Of a stretch of DNA of 64,000 nucleotides, positions 56,948 through 64,000 are shown piece by piece. Source of the stretch: Eledone cirrhosa (Eukaryota); assembly GCA_964016885.1 (NCBI GenBank), contig OZ024740.1:358608001-358672000 (forward strand). Reading direction: 5' to 3'. Below the pieces are notes generated by a model. That model did no database searches. It saw only the letters and a program-made list of their open reading frames with translations, and was not told where the DNA came from. The position numbers and the translations under genes are program-made. How positions within the stretch are numbered: position 1 is the stretch's first letter; every line of letters starts with the position of its first letter.

Positions 56948-57470
56948 AAACAATTAAGTTAAAAATGTACATCCACATATGTATACTGAAATACTAGTAT
57001 GCATATGAATACACACACGTATACATATGTAGATGTACCAAGTCTTTCACTGGTCACTTTACTGTGAGTGGCCAGCTATTCTGTATGTAAACACACAGAC
57101 AAACCGGTTTTTAGAGTCATACTGGTTTTTGAGGAAACACCTTTCCTCTATTCTCCAGAAAGCCAGACAAGGAATATTGAACTAGTTTCGTTGTTGTTAC
57201 AACTCATCAGCAATATTTACCTATCTACCGGCCTTTCTGGAGAATCGTAAAAGCACATATCGTTATATGCTTTTTCTATGAAAATTAGTAGTGGGCAGAC
57301 TAATTTGCATAGAGTGTGAGTACGTACCGGTTCAACGGAGACGATAAAAACAAATAACGAAACGAAATTAAATTTCGTTTCGTTTGTAACTCACTTTTGT
57401 ATGACTGACGCTTAAACAATTAAGTTAAAAACGAAGTTTTTGAGTTACAAACGAAACGAAATTTAATTAG
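56948..57470 (-). mobile_element. Diverged family A subfamily, one 466-nt unit plus terminal redundancy and a short inversion
   Basis: aaacaattaagttaaaaa at 56948 and 57414. Shares aatttgcata and aaacgaaatt blocks with 10161-10580. Confidence 0.7.
57173..57217 (-). ncRNA. Canonical type I hammerhead ribozyme
   Basis: aatattg-CTGATGA-gttgt(aaca)acaac-GAAAC-ta-GTT-caatatt. Perfect 7-bp stem I, 5-bp stem II, palindromic stem III. Confidence 0.88.
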
Positions 57471-57682
57471 GAATAAGTAAAAATTAGTAATAAGTATTGG
57501 TTAGTATTCAGTTTTGGTTTTAAGTTTTTACTGGTTGCGCATTTCTAAAGCTTTTCAAAAATAATTTTGAGATAGAGCGCCCGTGGTGTTTGCTTTAATC
57601 TGGATTAGAGCAAACAATACGGGAACAATTTGTCAGCATTTTCTTTTCTTCTTACCACTCGTGTGTTACACCTCTATTCTTT

Positions 57683-57828
<146 letters not shown>

Positions 57829-57980
57829 ACTAAATTAACCATGAAAATAAAAACAACAAAGTCAAGTTACTTTATAACTTTGTTGTTTTTATTGTTAATT
57901 CAATACCTAATATCTGACTCTGTATCTAAATGATTAACTCAGTGAAACACAGAACTTCTCTGTGGATTTTACTGCATTAC

Positions 57981-58077
57981 ATTGAGTTCTATCTACGGTA
58001 CGCACCCTACCACCAGAGGTAGACCAGACTGAAAAAGGAAAAAAAAACAAAAAAACAAAAAAATATATATATATATT

Positions 58078-58119
<42 letters not shown>

Positions 58120-58124
58120 TGTAT

Positions 58125-58155
<31 letters not shown>

Positions 58156-58218
58156 TTTTCCTTTTTCAGTCTGGTCTACCTCTGGTGGTAAGGTGCGTAT
58201 CGTAGATAGAACTCAATA
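57981..58218. repeat. ~62-bp inverted repeat around a microsatellite spacer
   Basis: attgagttctatctacggtacgcacc...gactgaaaaagg pairs with cctttttcagtc...gtagatagaactcaat. Confidence 0.9.
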
Positions 58219-58219
58219 A

Positions 58220-58257
<38 letters not shown>

Positions 58258-58529
58258 TATATATACATATAACTATATATATAACTATGTAATATATATA
58301 TATAACTATATAATATATATATATAACTGTATAAAACTACATACATATATTTACGTGTGTATATAACTATACATTTATATGCATGCATTTATATTTAAGT
58401 GTGTGTATATGTGACATGATTTATGTTATTTTGGTAAGGCGAGGATTTTGACTCCAGATTTTATTACCTAGGGAGATTAACTACCAAAGATTTTCAACCT
58501 AATCAAACACCAACGCCAGCCTGTGTGTG

Positions 58530-58583
58530 TATATATGTGTATGTATGTATGTATGTATGTATGTATGTATGTATGTATGTATG
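58530..58583. repeat. (TATG)n at the 3' end of the R4/Dong element
   Basis: Direct reading. Confidence 0.95.
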
Positions 58584-61500
58584 TTATCTCTTTCTCTTAA
58601 TTTCCAGTATATTTTTTTTGACCGGCCACCTTCCTGGTGGCAAGGTTGTAAAAGAAAAGAAATTGTCATCCTTTGAATCGCAAAAATGTTTTGCAAATTT
58701 TGAAGGTGCCAGCTATCGCAGTCATTTGTAGACTATGGATTAGGGAGCTGCGCTTTTTGTCCGCAAATCCAAGTTCAGTCATACTTTGGTCCAAGCGGAT
58801 TGGTATATAACCCGTAGCTCCAATAATGATGGGTATGAAGCTAAAGGTGTATCTTGGATACTGGATTTGTAAACTCCTCATCAATGGTCCGTAGATGTCC
58901 TCCTTCTCCTGTATTTTTCTGACAACGTTTACATCAAGTGGGCAGCTGATCTCCACAACAGAACACGTTTTCAATGTGTGGTCCCAAACAGCAATATCAG
59001 GCCGGTTGTGCTTTAATTTGGTGGCAGTTTTTATTTTCAGGTTCCACCAGTATTCCTTAGTGCCATCTGTCTCAATATATTCTTCCTCGTTTGTTGTTAA
59101 TTTCGTTTTCAGAAGTGCGTTCCAGATGGTTCTAGCTATCCCATCGTGTCTCATGGGGAGGTAGTAGCGAGATGACAATCTTTCGCAGCTGGCAACAATG
59201 TGGCTTACATCCTCGATCTTTGTTTTACATAGCCTACATTTATTGTTAGCTGCTAGCCCTCCTGTTTTGTGCAGCAGATATTTGGTAGGGAGTTCTTGTT
59301 CCTGTATTGCATAGAGATATCCCTCAAGGTGTGATGTCATAAACTTGTCGGAACTCCATGCCAGGCTTTTTGAGTGGTTTATCCCCTCCATGGTCTGTGT
59401 TTTACGCCTCAAGTATCCATGCACAACTTTTTCTGTAAATTGGTCAATTTTTTTTATCTGTGTGAACATTGAATAGGATCTTCCGATTTCTCTGGGTGAG
59501 AGATTTATATCAGGCTTTATTCCATATCTCTCCTCCAGATCAGTGGCTATCCTAATGATATTTTTTTTTTCATGCTCATAAACCTGGGCAAGATGGTTGC
59601 CAACATTTTTCCTCTGTTGAAGGTGTTGCTTCAGTGTTACTATCCGGATCTCATATGTTGTTAATATTGATTTTAGACCCCGGCCACCTTCCTAACGTGA
59701 GAAGTATAGCCTATCCACATCACCATTGATGTTAAAGTTCCCAGTAAAACTGAGAAGTTTTCGAGTTCTAACATCGATCTCACTTAGTTCTTGCAATGAC
59801 CAGTTCAGCAGGCCAAATGTTGGCGTTAGAATTGGCACAGCATAAGTGTTGTGGGCAATGTATTTGTTGTACGCTGACAGTTCTGATGACCATATTTTCT
59901 TTACTCTTCTGAGGTATTCAGTTCTGGTTCTCTCCTTATTTATGGGTCCATCATATCTGACATTCTTATCCTGTCCAAGATATCTGTAGTTGTCACCTGA
60001 CTGCAGAGGTTGTATTGTCAGGCCGTTCATCTCTAGATTTCTAGAGGAGGGCACAGCTCTTCCACGTTTTACTGCCAAATATGCACACTTGGACTTACCA
60101 AATTTCATTTTGATGTCGGTTGAAAATTGTGTAATGAGGTCCAATTGTTTCTTGATGTCATTGATATTTGGCCCATACAACTTCAGGTCATCAACAAAGA
60201 AAAGATGGGAGATACTTCGGGACCCACTTCTTTGTCCACCTTGTTTCCTGAGTAGGTAAGATAGTGGATTCAGTGAGAGAACAAAGAGTAGCACTGGCAA
60301 GCTATCACCCTGAAAGATGCCCTTCTGGTAATGTATCTTATCAGTCTCAACCTGCTCCTTCTCACCTCTAAGGATCAAATTGGTGTACCAGTTCTTGGTC
60401 AGGCGTTCAAAAGCAGCTACCAATGGTTGTGGGACTTTAGCTAACTGTAAAGCCTTAATAATCCACCCATGAGGTACACTATCAAATGCTTTTTGATAGT
60501 CCAGCCACACCACAGTCATGTTTCTGCGATTCTTTGTTGTTTTTTCCTGAATCATTTTGTTAGTTAGTAGGTGATCTATGCAACCGCACACCTCCCTCTT
60601 TCCACCAGCTTGCTCAGGTGTTATGATGTTGTTAGTAGCACAGTGATCCTGTAAGAACAGGTTAAGGCACCCAGTATATAATTTATACATGAATATTTTT
60701 GGCAGGCAATTGGGCGGTAATTTTTAGCAAGGGTGGTTTGGCTATTTTTGGGAATGAGGAGAGTAGTGGCAGTTGATAACCATCTGGGCAGTTCTTGTGT
60801 GCCTTTAATGGTTTCTGTAAACAGCCGTATGAGATCTTGCCGATAGAAAGTGAAATTCTTAAACCAGTATCCTATAATGAGGTCTGGGCCTGGCGATTTC
60901 CTATTCGACATTTTCTGTAGAGCTGTTTCCAGTATTGACCCATCTATGTCATTGTTTTGTCTGGACATGTTGGCAGTAGTCCTGTTCCAGTTCTTTTAGC
61001 CAATTAGCTTGTCTGTTGAATCCGTCATCCGTTTCCCATACAGATCCCCAGTAGCTCTCAACCTGTTCTTTTGAAGGGGTGTCGTTTACAGGGATTGAGC
61101 TTTTGCCACCGAAGCTGCGATAAACTGATTTAGGATCTCTGGCAAACAATCTATTTAGCACTTGTCGTTTATGTGCTGGTGACTTATATTTTAGTCTTTC
61201 TGTTGTAGCTGTGAGTTGTTGTTTCAACTGGTGTAATTTGGAGTTCAAAGTTTTAAATTTTGTATCTCCAAATCGTCTCTCTAACTTTTTCTTTAGGTCT
61301 TCCTGGTGTCGTGTGAAGTTGCTCTCTATGTTGCATTTCATAACGACTGCGATGTGTGAGATACTTCGTCTCAGGGACAAAATTTTGGTTTTTAAATTTC
61401 TCATCGACGCTGGTTCAGGCTTTCTATTTGTATCTTGATTGCGTGGTTTTAGATGTGTGTTATATGATAGCAATGTGACAGCTGAAACATATAACAAAAC

Positions 61501-62810
61501 ATTAAGCGTTTCAAATGTCGTTTCTACACCTTTAGATCGTATAGCCTTCAGATAATTGCCAGCTATTTCGTTCACCGCTTCCAATTCCAATTTAGTGGGT
61601 TCTTTACTGATTCTGGTGTTGTATGGTCTGTCACTCACATTAAAGCTGTGTATCTCTTGAAACATATCGTTCCATATCGCTTGTAGGGTGTCCACAAGTT
61701 TTTGGTGCTCTGTTTGTTCAGTAGAGTCATGAATTTCAGCCTCGTTCTTGATGTGGTGACAATTACTACTAGAGTTAGCTGACCTTTCTCGCTGTTCTTC
61801 AGTGGAAGTGGGATGGATTTCAGCAAAATTGTTGGTGAGCTGTTCACTGTTAGCTTTAGCTGACCATTCTCTTTGTCTGTCAGTGGAGGTGGGGTGGTTG
61901 TCTACAAGGGCTGTATTTGTAGTATCACTCAATTCCGTTAGATGTATCAATTTACATCTAATGATACGTTTTGCCTGTTCATTTAAATGCTTTGGAGAAA
62001 AGTCTAATTCTGAGTGTTTGGAGTTCCATAAAGTTTTTAGCCTTTGCATAAAACCGAACTTTTGGGGTTCAGATTGTTTGTATGCTTCATATAATACTTT
62101 GTTAAGCTCGTAGCTCCACTGGGTACAGTGGTTGTAGTTGCGATTTGGTCGAAGGAGACTTGTATTTTTGCCATGATGAGTTCGTCTATTCACTAATATT
62201 TCGTATTTATTTTTCAAAATAGTCGATGATCTTCTTTAAAAGTTTCGACAAAGTTCTGTCAGAATCAAATTTAAAGTTATTCACAGCTTGGGTAATATTT
62301 CTTTTCAGTTAGTTTTTAATTCTACAACTGTGTTTTAAACGTTGTTCTTGAATCATTTGAATCGAGAACAAAAAGAACCGTTACTTAGTATATTTCTTTA
62401 TGAATGTAATATAATATAACAACGCTGTATCTATATGTTAAAGTGTATGTATCATTCATATAAATAGGTGTTCTACAACTTATTCACAACATATTCACAG
62501 TTCAAACACTTATGTTTTTGTTTCTGAATCGAAAACGTTACTTGTATATTTCTTTATAAATGTAATATAACAACGTTGCATTTATATGTTAAAGTGTATG
62601 TATCGTTCATATATCATAAGTGTATGTATCGTTCATATAAATAGGTGTTTTACAACACACTTACAGTTCAAACACTTATGTAGAATTATTGTATGTAATC
62701 TTACTGCGTAATGTAGCTCAACTTTTTCCAATATATGGTATGTTGCCTTCATGTAAGCCGTAATTACACACGTCCGATTATCGGACACTGACCACAACGG
62801 TCGCCATTAT
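58584..62810 (-). mobile_element. Near full-length R4/Dong-clade RLE non-LTR retrotransposon
   Basis: Single long ORF broken into pieces, ~590-bp 5' UTR with an internal ~150-bp duplication, short 3' UTR, (TACA)n on both sides. Confidence 0.88.
58666..62217 (-). pseudogene. R4/Dong ORF: RT + CCHC zinc finger + RLE endonuclease; frameshifted
   Basis: KSPGPD, NYRPIAC, EQAGGK, LDYQKAFDSVPH, GIFQGDSL, FFVDDLK, YRYLG, CRLCKTKIEDVSHIVASC, RHD, NRPDIAVWD...VVEISCP..N...K..EK...Y. Confidence 0.9.
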
Positions 62811-62822
62811 ATGTATGTATGC

Positions 62823-62852
<30 letters not shown>

Positions 62853-62854
<2 letters not shown>

Positions 62855-64000
62855 TCTCTCTTTCTCTTAATTTCGAGTATATTTTTCACCGGCCACCTTC
62901 CTGCTGGCAAGGTTGTAAAGAAAAGAAATTGTCATCCCTTGAATCGCAAGAATGTTTTGCAAATTTTGAAGGTGCCAGCTATCGCAGCCATTTATAGACT
63001 ATGAATGAATTAGGGAGCTACGCTCTTTGTCCGCAAATCCAAGTTCAATTATACATTGGTTCAAGCGGGTTGGTATATAACCCGTAGCTCCAATAATGAT
63101 GGGTATGAAGCTAAAAGTGTATCTTGGATACTGGATTTCTAAACTCCTCATCAATGGTACATAGATGTCCTCCTTCTCCTGTATTTTTCTGACAACGTTT
63201 ACATCAAGTGGGCAGCTGATCTCCACAACAGAAAACGTTTTCAATGTGTGGTCCCAAACAGCAATATCAGGCCGGTTGTGCTTTAATTTGGTGGCAGTTA
63301 TTATTTTCAGGTTCCACCAGTATTCCTTAGTGCCAACTATCTCAATATATTCTTCCTCGTTTGTTGTTAAATTTGTTTTCCGAAGTGCGTTCCAGATGGT
63401 TCTAGCTATCCCATCGTGTCTCATGGGGAGGTAGTAGCGAGATGACATTCTTTCGCAGCTGGCAACAATGTGGCTTACATCTTCGATCTTTGTTTTACAT
63501 AGCCTGCATTTATTGTCAGCTGATGGCCCTCCTCTTTCCTCTTTTGTGCAGCAGATATTTGGTAGGGAGTTCTTGTTCCTGTATTGCATAGAGATATCCC
63601 TCAAGGTGTGATATCATAAACTTGTCGGAACTCCATGCTAGGCTTTTTGAGTGGTTTATCCCCTCTATGGTCTTTGTTTTACGTCTCAAGTATCATGCAC
63701 AACTTTTTCTGTAAATTGGTCAATGTTTTCATCTTGTTTGAACATTGAATAGGATCTTCCGATTTCTCTGGGTGAGAGATTTATATCAGGCTTTATTCCA
63801 TATCTCACTTCCAGATCAGTGGCTATCCTAATGATATTTTTTTCTTCATGCTCATAAACCTGGGCAAGATGGTTGCCAACCTTTTTCCTCTGTTGAAGAT
63901 GTTGCTTCAGTGTTACTATCCGGGTCTCATATGCTGCTAATATGGATTTTAGACCCCGGCCACCTTCCTAACGTGAGAAGTATAGCCTATCCTTATCACC
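62853..64000 (-). mobile_element. Second tandem R4/Dong copy (3' part; runs off the window)
   Basis: Highly similar to 58584-59725. Separated from copy 1 only by (TATG)n at 62811-62852. Confidence 0.92.

Noticed and set aside
62700-62810. Possible HDV-like ribozyme at the R4/Dong 5' end
   Set aside because: Only two simple hairpins (gacc/ggtc and gtccga/tcggac) are visible; I could not build the nested double pseudoknot.

Overview
This is repeat-saturated, AT-rich animal genomic DNA. The tRNA-derived SINE families resemble octopod cephalopod SINEs (inference), and no host gene is confidently identifiable. Almost all recognisable coding sequence is decayed transposon: a CR1-type LINE, several Penelope-like element (PLE) remnants, CRE-like and RTE fragments, and a Helitron Rep-helicase carrying an N-terminal Ulp1/C48-like protease. 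There are also two head-to-tail tandems of non-LTR elements, a Tx1/L1 pair at (TATC)n and an R4/Dong pair at (TACA)n, plus an interstitial (TTAGGG)n array. The main hidden signal is a dense set of type I hammerhead ribozyme (HHR) motifs, about 13 intact or decayed. Five of them belong to a non-coding ~460-nt tandem and inverted repeat family whose HHR stems covary between subfamilies, consistent with a retrozyme-like, circular-RNA-producing, PLE-mobilised element. All calls come from reading the sequence by eye; no database search or folding computation was run, and element boundaries are approximate.
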